From positions 1-27,458 of the IMG/VR virus record IMGVR_UViG_3300038317_000170: a stretch of 27,458 bases of DNA; one strand, given 5' to 3'. Each line of letters starts with the position of its first letter. Within the stretch, counting starts at the first letter, position 1. Below, one piece after another: positions 1-8,287 of this stretch. A model generated the notes under the pieces. It had not been told where the DNA came from. It saw only the letters and a program-made list of their open reading frames with translations, and searched no databases. Both the position numbers and the translations under genes were made by a program. Source of the stretch: a virus. Lineage: Duplodnaviria; Caudoviricetes.

Positions 1-31
1 GCCATATATCAGAATGAAAGTAGGTGATAAG

Positions 32-59
32 AAAAAGGAGCTTCCAATTAGAAAGCTCC
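32..59 (-). terminator. Intrinsic terminator of the 89..322 gene
   Basis: GGAGCTT/AAGCTCC stem (37-43/53-59), A5 at 32-36 gives a U tract on the minus strand. Confidence 0.65.
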
Positions 60-88
60 ATACATAGCAACTAAATTATTTCATTAGT

Positions 89-322
89 CTACTTTTTTGC
101 AATGTCTGATAATTCTAAACTAATTTTCTGATTATCACTAATTGTAAATGCTAAATCACAATGAAGAAAGTCTGCAATTTTGATTAGATCGGCAGCAGAG
201 AAACTATCTCTACTCAATTTGTTTCGCATTGCCTGTGGTGACATTTGTAAGTATTCTGCTAATTCATAACTTTTTTTGCCTTTTAAACTTAATAGTGCTT
301 TTATTTTATCGGATACTGGCAT
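89..322 (-). CDS. Small XRE/Cro-type HTH transcriptional regulator
   Basis: 77 aa, ELAEYLQMSPQAMRNKLSRDSFSAADLIKIADFL HTH pattern; strong SD AAGGAGGTG upstream. Confidence 0.85.
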   Translation of the reverse strand: MPVSDKIKALLSLKGKKSYELAEYLQMSPQAMRNKLSRDSFSAADLIKIADFLHCDLAFTISDNQKISLELSDIAKK

Positions 323-349
323 AAAGCACCTCCTTTGTTTGATGTTACT

Positions 350-439
350 ATTATAATATTTTTGATTACTAAAATCAATAAATTAATTACAAAAATAATC
401 AAAAAAGGTATTGACAATATAATCTATATCGTGTATTAT
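350..439. promoter_or_regulatory. Divergent sigmaA-type promoters with putative operator repeats
   Basis: Rightward TTGACA(411-416)-17-TATTAT(434-439); leftward TTGATT(378-373)-17-TATAAT(355-350); repeated TTGATTA/TAATCAA half-sites between 360 and 470. Confidence 0.65.
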
Positions 440-488
440 GTAACCATAAGCGAAACACAAATAATCAAAACGAAAGCAAGGCAAGTCA

Positions 489-683
489 ATGAATATACCA
501 GCAGTAGAAGTTCCCAAAGATAAGGCTAAAATTCAGCGTCAAATTACAGCACTGGAATGGCAATTAACGCAAGACACAAATGATATTGACCGTGAGATAC
601 ATCTACAAGCATTAAAAAGTTTAAAGGAGAGCGATAAAGCCGATGAATATATCAAATGTATATCAAGCACCAAAATCATCTGA
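489..683 (+). CDS. Small hypothetical phage protein (helical)
   Basis: 64-aa ORF directly downstream of the rightward promoter. Confidence 0.6.
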   Translation: MNIPAVEVPKDKAKIQRQITALEWQLTQDTNDIDREIHLQALKSLKESDKADEYIKCISSTKII

Positions 684-903
684 GACTTTCATTAAAACCG
701 AATATTGTCCAGCTACACAAGGAGTAGCTACAGAGATCCAATGCGATAATATATCTCAAGTAAAAACACTATTATTTCAAACCCAAAAAGCAACTTTAGC
801 AATGGGATATTTTAGCTGCATTAAATTATTAAGCCTTACATTAACAGCAATCTATCAGCACATAAAGCAAAGACTTCTAATGATATTTAATCAATCAGTA
901 TAA
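643..903 (+). CDS. Hypothetical protein (doubtful)
   Basis: 86-aa ORF overlapping the previous gene; AAGGAG upstream but spacing is long. Confidence 0.3.
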   Translation: MNISNVYQAPKSSETFIKTEYCPATQGVATEIQCDNISQVKTLLFQTQKATLAMGYFSCIKLLSLTLTAIYQHIKQRLLMIFNQSV

Positions 904-1113
904 GCACTGCTTATGTATTCGGCATAATACAGGCATATATCAAGTCAATCAATATAGTTTGATAGGTAAATTAAAGTAGGCTCAAATAGGCTATAAATGC
1001 CTTGTACAAATATACGAACTTGATTTGCCAAAAATGGAAAATCAAAATAAACACGGCTCGCCTTCAAAGGCGGAAAACCTCTAAATTAATAATTATAAGG
1101 ATGGTAAATTATT

Positions 1114-1869
1114 ATGACAAACACAAATACAATGACAGTGAACACGACCACTTGCACAGTTAAAGACTTTAAGGACATTAAGTTTTTCCTACCGTACAAT
1201 TTCGATTTTTCTAAATGCTATTACAATGCAGAGCAACACAAAAATTACTTTATAGTTGATTTGTCAAAAGTCGGTGTTGATGCAGAAATGCTAATAGAAA
1301 ATAATCTTGGTTTATTACTCGAATATGACGATGCTATGGTAGGCAGCAATCTTGAAGACAAGCGTGTTAATATTTGTATTTTCGGCATTGACACAGATAG
1401 TATTATTGAACACATTGACAATCAGATCATTGGAAACAAACACTTTTATGGTGAACTGGATTTTATCGCAAAGCACCTTAAAGAGCAGAGTGCAATTATT
1501 AAATCGGTTGAAATTAAGCCAGATATTAAATCCCTGTATGATGACTTAAAAAGTTATGACAAGTATCATTTTTATTTTTTAAACCGTGATAAAAACAATT
1601 TTGTTACTTTTCGCTATGAGTTGCACTCTCAAAAAATAAAATTAAATGGCAGACATTCTATTGATTTTGTGGTTGGAAGCGGTGACAAATACAGTAACTT
1701 TGCAATTTTAAGCAACATTCGCAAAATTAAAAAGAAGCTTTCCAATTCGGATATTACAGAACGCTACTATTTTGAATCATATGATTTTACAGTGTATTTT
1801 GATGGTTCAGATGAACCACTTGAATTTTCCGTTTCCAAAACTGAAAGAAATGGGGAGGAGAATCAATAA
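1114..1869 (+). CDS. Hypothetical protein
   Basis: 251-aa ORF with SD TAAGGA; no recognisable motif. Confidence 0.8.
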   Translation: MTNTNTMTVNTTTCTVKDFKDIKFFLPYNFDFSKCYYNAEQHKNYFIVDLSKVGVDAEMLIENNLGLLLEYDDAMVGSNLEDKRVNICIFGIDTDSIIEHIDNQIIGNKHFYGELDFIAKHLKEQSAIIKSVEIKPDIKSLYDDLKSYDKYHFYFLNRDKNNFVTFRYELHSQKIKLNGRHSIDFVVGSGDKYSNFAILSNIRKIKKKLSNSDITERYYFESYDFTVYFDGSDEPLEFSVSKTERNGEENQ

Positions 1870-2042
1870 TGCAACTTGTCAATCTTGACCGTATATATTC
1901 CAGTATTGCCGAGAAGGAACATACTAATGTTCATTCTGCCGTAAGCCGTTATGGAGAAAATTTGGAGGTTCAGCCTTTATATGCACAAACACCTTTTAAA
2001 TATGTAACAGGGGATAAGCCACAAAAGAATTGTAGTAGATAG
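1869..2042 (+). CDS. Small hypothetical protein (57 aa, not in ORF track)
   Basis: ATG overlaps the upstream stop (TAATG), strong SD GGAGG; MQLVNLDRIYSSIAEKEH...KNCSR. Confidence 0.55.
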   Translation: MQLVNLDRIYSSIAEKEHTNVHSAVSRYGENLEVQPLYAQTPFKYVTGDKPQKNCSR

Positions 2043-2070
2043 CAATATAGATTTATTGTTGGGTAATAGT

Positions 2071-2104
2071 AAAAATCCCCTACTGCCATTACACCAGTAG
2101 GGGA
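2071..2104 (-). terminator. Intrinsic terminator between convergent genes
   Basis: TCCCCTACTG/CAGTAGGGGA stem (2076-2085/2095-2104), U tract on the minus strand. Confidence 0.75.
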
Positions 2105-2117
2105 AAAATATAATGAA

Positions 2118-2753
2118 TTATTTTTCGGATTCATCATCATCTTTATCATCAACTGAACAATCCATACCATTTTCTTTAATTATGTCAAAGAATGTATGAA
2201 TAACTTTTCTTTTTACTTCATGCTCAACACGTTCCATTCTACATAATGGAAGTGCCGTTACGCTTAATGTAAATCCCATATCACAATGGAGATTAACAAC
2301 AAAAGCACGTAGCATATTTACCGCATCTTGTTTATCATCAATTTTATCAAAGAAAAAATTTAGTCCTGTATTTAAGTTTTCTATTAATTCTGAATAATCT
2401 TCTTTTAACTTTTTACTATCATCAACTTTATATACTGATACATTTGTATCTTTATCAATTGAACTAAATTTCTCATGTAATCCTTTTGAATGAAATTTAT
2501 CAATATTTTCAATTAAATATTTGTCAGCGTTTTCATCATCAAGATTTAAAATGGTTTCGAATATCTTCACAAAGTCCAAATGTTTTATAGTTTTAGTACG
2601 ACCGTTTTCAATTTGAGCTATCCATGACTGCGGATGTCCCATTTTTTTTGCTAATTGTGTAGCTGTTATTCCTTGTTTTTCTCTTTCATCTATAATAAAA
2701 TGCCGAACCTTTTCTGTAAGACGCATTCTATTAGCTGGTCTGTCTAAAAACAT
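2118..2753 (-). CDS. XRE-family (CI-like) repressor, N-terminal HTH
   Basis: REKQGITATQLAKKMGHPQSWIAQIENGRTKTI is a classic HTH_3 pattern; SD GGAGTG; divergent from the early operon; no S24 peptidase motif evident. Confidence 0.85.
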   Translation of the reverse strand: MFLDRPANRMRLTEKVRHFIIDEREKQGITATQLAKKMGHPQSWIAQIENGRTKTIKHLDFVKIFETILNLDDENADKYLIENIDKFHSKGLHEKFSSIDKDTNVSVYKVDDSKKLKEDYSELIENLNTGLNFFFDKIDDKQDAVNMLRAFVVNLHCDMGFTLSVTALPLCRMERVEHEVKRKVIHTFFDIIKENGMDCSVDDKDDDESEK

Positions 2754-2781
2754 ATTATCACTCCGTTCTTATAATATATAC

Positions 2782-2899
2782 ATAATATCACTAATCAGTG
2801 ATATTGTCAACTAATCACGATAATGTATTTAATAATATATATCTTGATATTTGTGATTTTTAACTTGACAATCACGTAAATTGTGATAAAATGTGATTA
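2782..2899. promoter_or_regulatory. Genetic switch: divergent promoters overlapped by ATCAC-N6/7-GTGAT operators
   Basis: Leftward TTGACA(2810-2805)-17-TATTAT with palindrome AATATCACT-aatc-AGTGATATT (2784-2805) in it; rightward TTGACA(2865-2870)-16-TAAAAT with ATCACgtaaattGTGAT in the spacer. Confidence 0.75.
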
Positions 2900-3118
2900 T
2901 AGTAAAAATTTGGAAAGGATGTGATGTAAGACTTGATTGTTTTTAAGGCAAAAAGAAAAAGACTTTGCTATGGTGGAACATAGCAAAACCTTCTCTAATT
3001 GCCAGTATTGGCACATTTGTATGCACTTATTCATGCACAGTAAAATTTTAAGCAATTATATTGTAATTGAATTTGATGCGGTTATAAATCATTTTAAAAA
3101 TATAAAGGGAAAAATTCA

Positions 3119-3505
3119 ATGAACAAAGAATTAATTAGTAGAGTAAGAGATATTTTGCTTATCACAGCACATTCCGAACAAAAGTGTATAGCACCAAAAA
3201 CCATTATGGATAAATTTGAATGTAGTATTGCTGATGCATTTGATTATATTGATATAATCGAAAAGTATAAGTTAGAAAAGAGCGTATCCCTTAATCTTGA
3301 CAATGAAAATGTAGGATATCTTGAACTCAATTTTGCTGGATTGTTAAGAGCTGAAGATATGCGTAATGAGAAATGTTGGAACAATGTTTTAAATGTTTGT
3401 GATGCTATTGATAACTATTCACCAAGCATAGCTTTTGAAATTTTAAGCAGATGTATTTCTTATGAAATCCAGAGTGAAATCAACAAGCAATATTCAGTTC
3501 AGTAA
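3119..3505 (+). CDS. DUF2513-like (winged-helix) phage protein
   Basis: VRDILL...LNFAGLLRAEDMRNEKCWNNV...SIAFEI resembles the DUF2513 pattern (IRDILL..LT..G..FL..IR....W). Confidence 0.55.
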   Translation: MNKELISRVRDILLITAHSEQKCIAPKTIMDKFECSIADAFDYIDIIEKYKLEKSVSLNLDNENVGYLELNFAGLLRAEDMRNEKCWNNVLNVCDAIDNYSPSIAFEILSRCISYEIQSEINKQYSVQ

Positions 3506-3596
3506 CAGTACATTTAAGATTCAAAGGGCGCATCTGAAATGGCGCACCTGAGAATCCCAAAAAAATTAAAACAATAAAATTATAAGGAGTTATTAA

Positions 3597-4490
3597 ATGA
3601 CAAATACAAAAATTGACATGAACACTATCGTAAATACAACGCTGGTCATCATTGCGGATGAATGGAATGAGCATAGCACAAAGGATAAGTATGAAATGTT
3701 AAAGGAACTGCTTTTAAATCCAGAGGAATTTCCTTCAACCGAACAAATTGAGAGAAATGAAAATTATTCTTTCAACGATTGGATTCATGAAAATGAGGAA
3801 AGTTGTTCTATCTGCTATGAAATGAAACAAGTACTGTTAGATGTACTTTATGAGTACGCTGGTGAGTATGCCAAACGTCAAAGACCAAATACCGCAGAAA
3901 TGGATTGTGTTAAATATGATGACCTAATGGTTAAATTCTGGTCTGACGTTCCGCATGATATTAAGAAAACTGTACTATTCGGTCATTGTCTTATTATCTC
4001 ACTTGAATGGGGTAAAGTGGTTACAGATATAGAATCAACAACAACACATGGTGACGATGATTTATTTGTTTATGCAATGAATCAGATTATGAATCACCAT
4101 CTTATTCAGATTGGAGAAGATTATTGTGTAGACAAAATTGTAAGGAAAACCAACCCATTAAACAAAGCAAACCCAAACCGAGTATCTCAGATTGAAAAGT
4201 TTATAGATATGATTAATGAGTATGTCATTGATGGGGCTGACAGTGAAAATCTGATTGCAACAATGTATTCAGAAAATATGAAAGCCATGGATATTGCTGA
4301 TGCATGGATAGATGAAAATGGAATGAGCTTTTATTGTGCAGATGAAAATCTTGAAAATCAAACTTGCATTGATATTCCGATTAATGACATTGCATCTATT
4401 ACAATTGATCCAACGGTCAAGCAAGTTACGATATATGTAATTGAAAAGACGGACGGTATAAAATACAATGTAGCTTTTATTGCGATGTGA
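3597..4490 (+). CDS. Acidic hypothetical protein
   Basis: 297-aa ORF, SD TAAGGAG. Confidence 0.8.
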   Translation: MTNTKIDMNTIVNTTLVIIADEWNEHSTKDKYEMLKELLLNPEEFPSTEQIERNENYSFNDWIHENEESCSICYEMKQVLLDVLYEYAGEYAKRQRPNTAEMDCVKYDDLMVKFWSDVPHDIKKTVLFGHCLIISLEWGKVVTDIESTTTHGDDDLFVYAMNQIMNHHLIQIGEDYCVDKIVRKTNPLNKANPNRVSQIEKFIDMINEYVIDGADSENLIATMYSENMKAMDIADAWIDENGMSFYCADENLENQTCIDIPINDIASITIDPTVKQVTIYVIEKTDGIKYNVAFIAM

Positions 4491-4512
4491 GAAGGAAGAA
4501 GGGATTATTATA

Positions 4513-4923
4513 TTGAAAAATCAAGAAAATACAGTAGTATCAGCAAGCAAATTTTTAATAGAAATTTTAGGTCATGGAATAAGCCACTGCGGCGGTTTCT
4601 TCATTAATGTAGGTGATGATGAAAATGAAGATTTAGCATTTAATTTGTTTTCGTCTTACTATCATGAAGTACAAAAAATAGGTGATTGGCTATCCTTTAG
4701 TAATCATAATCCTACTATTGATGAAGAAACAGGCAAAGAAACTATACCCATCGAACAGATAGGAGAGTTTTCAGTAAACATACAAAGAGTGAAGTGTATT
4801 GTTGAACTTGATGAAGATCAGCGACAAGATTTATTTGAATTTGAAGTTTCTAAAGCCTATTGTATTAAATCAAACCCAAACAGCAAAGATGTTTATATTG
4901 GCTTAATTGATTATAACATGTAA
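4513..4923 (+). CDS. Acidic hypothetical protein
   Basis: ORF 4480..4923; TTG at 4513 after AAGGGA is the likelier start. Confidence 0.7.
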   Translation: MKNQENTVVSASKFLIEILGHGISHCGGFFINVGDDENEDLAFNLFSSYYHEVQKIGDWLSFSNHNPTIDEETGKETIPIEQIGEFSVNIQRVKCIVELDEDQRQDLFEFEVSKAYCIKSNPNSKDVYIGLIDYNM

Positions 4924-5012
4924 GTAAAATAAGATAAGCAGGGTGGGGAGTCCTGCCCTGCACAATAAGGAAAGAAGGAATAGAAACGACTTTAAAAGAA
5001 CAAGTTATACAA

Positions 5013-5633
5013 GTGGAAAATAGATTTGAGCAGGATGATCAATGCAAAGTTGAATTTTACAATAAATGCAAGGAATTAAGAACGTATGCACAAGAGTTTT
5101 TTTCAGGAATGATAGAGAAATATGGTTTTTTCCTTAATCCAGATATTTTACCTATAATTTTCTATCCATCTTGTAAAGATTATCAACAGTTAGAAACAAA
5201 TATTATCTTCTCAGGTGAATGTACTTTATCTGGTATGCAAAGCCAGATTAATATTTATAATACATTTCCTTTGAAAATTCAAGAGCTTAAGCAAAATATC
5301 CGCCATGAAGTATTACACTATTTGCTGATAATGAGCAACTTGAAATGTAAAGATGATACTGCCGTTTTTCACGTGTTTTGTAATATGTATGATGCTCATG
5401 CATATACAGAACTTCCAACAGAGGAAAAAGTACTTCTTGAAAAATATGATGTTGCTTTCCAGTATATAGATACTTTACAAAGCATCTATAAAAAGAATAA
5501 AGATAAGAATCCAAATTTATCAAAGCAAACTTTTATAAAAATAAAACGTAATCTCGTATTAGAATTAGGCTTGAAAGATCAAGAGCAACAAAAAACTTTA
5601 AATTTTTTATATGAAACAGCAATAAAAGAGTAG
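5013..5633 (+). CDS. SprT-like/zincin metallopeptidase domain protein
   Basis: HEXXH motif (IRHEVLHYLL) followed by D..AVF helix as in phage SprT-like proteins. Confidence 0.65.
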   Translation: MENRFEQDDQCKVEFYNKCKELRTYAQEFFSGMIEKYGFFLNPDILPIIFYPSCKDYQQLETNIIFSGECTLSGMQSQINIYNTFPLKIQELKQNIRHEVLHYLLIMSNLKCKDDTAVFHVFCNMYDAHAYTELPTEEKVLLEKYDVAFQYIDTLQSIYKKNKDKNPNLSKQTFIKIKRNLVLELGLKDQEQQKTLNFLYETAIKE

Positions 5634-5642
5634 GAAGGCTGA

Positions 5643-5765
5643 TTGATTAACTATTATCCATCGGATAGGTTTACATTAATTGATGCAGCATTTATCACGG
5701 TGGACAGCATAGTTATTCTGTTTCCTCAGCACAGGCAAAAATATGTAAAAATGATAAAGAAATGA
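5643..5765 (+). CDS. Possible 40-aa protein
   Basis: TTG start after GGAAGG; MINYYPSDRF...KMIKK; fills the gap in the operon. Confidence 0.3.
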   Translation: MINYYPSDRFTLIDAAFITVDSIVILFPQHRQKYVKMIKK

Positions 5766-5791
5766 CAATTTGAAAGGATCGTGAACAGATT

Positions 5792-5995
5792 ATAGAAACA
5801 AATAAAGTAGCTACAAAAGTAATTCTATCAAGTGCATTAGCCGGATGGTTAATGTTTAACCACTTCCATTTAGTAGATGTAAAAACAGATTTAAAGAATC
5901 CAAAGCGTGTTATTTACATATTCAAACAATCCCCTGCTTTAGAACAATGCATAGACAATTACACAATAAATAAGTCCATGCAGCGCAGTTATTAA
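5792..5995 (+). CDS. DUF5659-like protein, apparent ATA start (not in ORF track)
   Basis: Frame reads (M)ETNKVATKVILSSALAGWLMFNHFHLVDVKTDLKNPKRVIYIFKQSPALEQCIDNY; similar to 13497..13841; in-frame stop at 5771 leaves only ATT/ATA as an N-terminal start after SD AAGGA. Confidence 0.7.
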   Translation: METNKVATKVILSSALAGWLMFNHFHLVDVKTDLKNPKRVIYIFKQSPALEQCIDNYTINKSMQRSY

Positions 5996-6015
5996 TATTG
6001 GGGGTGCGCTGATAT

Positions 6016-7554
6016 ATGATGACAGAGCAAAAACCCAATTTTGATTTAGTTCGTAATTTACAAAATGGAGAACATATAGCTGATGTTATTACTCCTGAAA
6101 TGATTCAAGGATGGAAGAGAGGGCATAAGATACTCATTACTGCAAACACTGGAGCAGGAAAAACATATTTTATCATGAACACTTTATATCATATGTGTAA
6201 AAATAATAAGCGGAGGATGCTGTTTTTAACTAATAGAATTTGGCTTAAAGAACAATTAATATCTTTATATGGTGAACAGGTTGAAGATGTTATTACCTTA
6301 ATGAATTATCAATCGCTGATTAATTATATCAAGTTCCAGCGAAATAAAATAGAGGGCATTTATGATTTAATTGTTAGTGATGAAGCCCATTACTTTTTTA
6401 ATGATTCTATATTTGCAGATGAAACTGATGTACCGTTAAACTATCTTATTAATGAAACAGACAAAGAGTTAGTTGTGTTTTTATCAGCAACATCTCAAAC
6501 ATTAGAAGATTATTTTAATCAGAAAACAGAGCATAAGCTGAATTTTAAATACAAAATAACCAAGCCTTATGTGTTTAAAGATTATTATTATTGGAATAGC
6601 TTTGATGTGATAAAGAAATTTTTGACCGAATTACCCAAAGATGAAAAAGCAATTTATTTCAGTAAAAACATCAATAGAGCATTAGAGTTTCATCATGACT
6701 TTCCAAACAATTCTTCATTTATCTGTGCTCAAGGTAACAAGCGTTTTGGGGATAAATGTGATATGGATACATTGAAGCAGCTTAAAGAGAATGAAAAGTT
6801 TAATAAGCAGATTCTTTTTACGACTAATGTAATTGAAAATGGTATCAATATTAATGATCCACAACTGAAACATATTATAATTGATATTTATGATTTTGAT
6901 ACAATCATTCAATGCATAGGTCGCAGGAGGATAAGAGATGGAGAAGAATTACCCAACATCTATATCCGGCAAGTTAAGCAATCAGCGGTTTCAACCGTAA
7001 TAAATAATACGAATTTCAAACTGAAACCATTGGAATATTTTCGAAGCCATAACAATGAAGAGTTTAATAAAAAGTATGGTAGTAAAAATTTGCATGGATT
7101 ATTGTACACAGAGAGTATTGAATCTAATCAAAATATTTCTAAATATGTAGTAAATGCAGCAAAAGAGTTTAAGTATAAACATGATTTGAAAATAGCTGAA
7201 GAAATAAATGATACGGACACAAAATTAGGACACTTAATATTATTTTGTCGGTATATGCAAATTGATTTTTTAAACTTCAAGGATTTATCAAGTTACTATA
7301 CTGAAATTTCACTTGAAGATAAATTCAATTACTATCTGGACAGACCTTTGTTTGGTGATGAAAAAACAAATTTTGTTGAACTACTAAAAAAAGAAGTTTT
7401 AAAACCATTAAAAGGCGGTTATAAAGTAATTACAGTCAATGATTATTTTAAAGATATTCAATTACCTTATTATATTATATCGGAAAAAGAGAATCGAAGA
7501 ACAGATGAACATTATGGTAAAAGATATTGGTTACTAAAATTTAAAGTAGCATAG
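6016..7554 (+). CDS. Superfamily 2 (DEAH) helicase, likely replication/origin-binding helicase
   Basis: Motifs I ANTGAGKT, II DEAH, III SAT, V TTNVIENGINI, VI QCIGRRR. Confidence 0.9.
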   Translation: MMTEQKPNFDLVRNLQNGEHIADVITPEMIQGWKRGHKILITANTGAGKTYFIMNTLYHMCKNNKRRMLFLTNRIWLKEQLISLYGEQVEDVITLMNYQSLINYIKFQRNKIEGIYDLIVSDEAHYFFNDSIFADETDVPLNYLINETDKELVVFLSATSQTLEDYFNQKTEHKLNFKYKITKPYVFKDYYYWNSFDVIKKFLTELPKDEKAIYFSKNINRALEFHHDFPNNSSFICAQGNKRFGDKCDMDTLKQLKENEKFNKQILFTTNVIENGININDPQLKHIIIDIYDFDTIIQCIGRRRIRDGEELPNIYIRQVKQSAVSTVINNTNFKLKPLEYFRSHNNEEFNKKYGSKNLHGLLYTESIESNQNISKYVVNAAKEFKYKHDLKIAEEINDTDTKLGHLILFCRYMQIDFLNFKDLSSYYTEISLEDKFNYYLDRPLFGDEKTNFVELLKKEVLKPLKGGYKVITVNDYFKDIQLPYYIISEKENRRTDEHYGKRYWLLKFKVA

Positions 7555-7588
7555 CATATTTAAAAAACGGCTTTATTCCTACACAGAA

Positions 7589-7787
7589 ACCACAATAAGC
7601 CAAAACCATATATAACGGTTTGATATTGGTTGTGGTGTCAAGTCAGTATTAATGGGGATTTTAAGTTTTTAATTAATAAAATAATAAAAATTTAATTCAA
7701 CAGATTTTAAGTTTGGAAAATGTAGCGTAGCGGAATTTGACATAACTTAAAATCTGGTATTCAGTAGCGAAACTTGTTTCGGTACTG
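7589..7787. other. Putative replication origin (repeats, AT-rich tract, hairpins)
   Basis: GATTTTAAGTT at 7657 and 7703 (direct) and inverted in 7744-7756; AT-rich tract 7669-7700; three GTAGCG; three hairpins; directly downstream of the helicase. Confidence 0.5.
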
Positions 7788-7835
7788 TCTAACCGTCTGT
7801 AAGACATAAAGAAAATGGAGGAAATATAACAATAT

Positions 7836-8186
7836 ATGACAAGAGAAAAAATAACATATTATACTGAAATGATTAAAAATAGGCAATTGAATACTGAATT
7901 ATTAATTTCGTGTCTATCAAATTTAGAGCCAAGAATCAGTAAGTCTGCATATTTAAGAGCAAAATTTAAAAATAGTGGCATGATGTCAAATGAAAGTCAT
8001 GAATATGAAATGAAACGATTTATGAAGTATAGAACTGAAATAACTAATCTTTTGGTTAGTACATACTCAAAGCAGGATATCAAGGTGCTAGTTAGTAAAG
8101 TTGAAAAAGGTGATATTGTAACAAATAGGATATGTGATTTAGTCATTGAGTTAATTCATAATACTGGTGATTATCATTTAATGTAG
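7836..8186 (+). CDS. Hypothetical protein
   Basis: 116-aa ORF, SD GGAGG. Confidence 0.75.
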   Translation: MTREKITYYTEMIKNRQLNTELLISCLSNLEPRISKSAYLRAKFKNSGMMSNESHEYEMKRFMKYRTEITNLLVSTYSKQDIKVLVSKVEKGDIVTNRICDLVIELIHNTGDYHLM

Positions 8187-8287
8187 TCCTTGACAATAGG
8201 CGGTGGCAGACGAGCTGCCGCCGAATATGCCTTACGGCATTGAGAAATTAATTATTGAGTTAAAAGAAAGAAGGAATTATATAAAAT

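Noticed and set aside
335-523. 62-aa ORF
   Set aside because: Runs through the divergent promoter/operator region, low-complexity AT-rich translation, no SD
2937-3122. 61-aa ORF as a cro gene
   Set aside because: No HTH pattern; the SD spacing fits the TTG at 2933 in another frame better
4938-4961. Terminator call for the GCAGGGTGGG/CCTGCCCTGC hairpin
   Set aside because: Strong stem but no U tract on the + strand; function unclear
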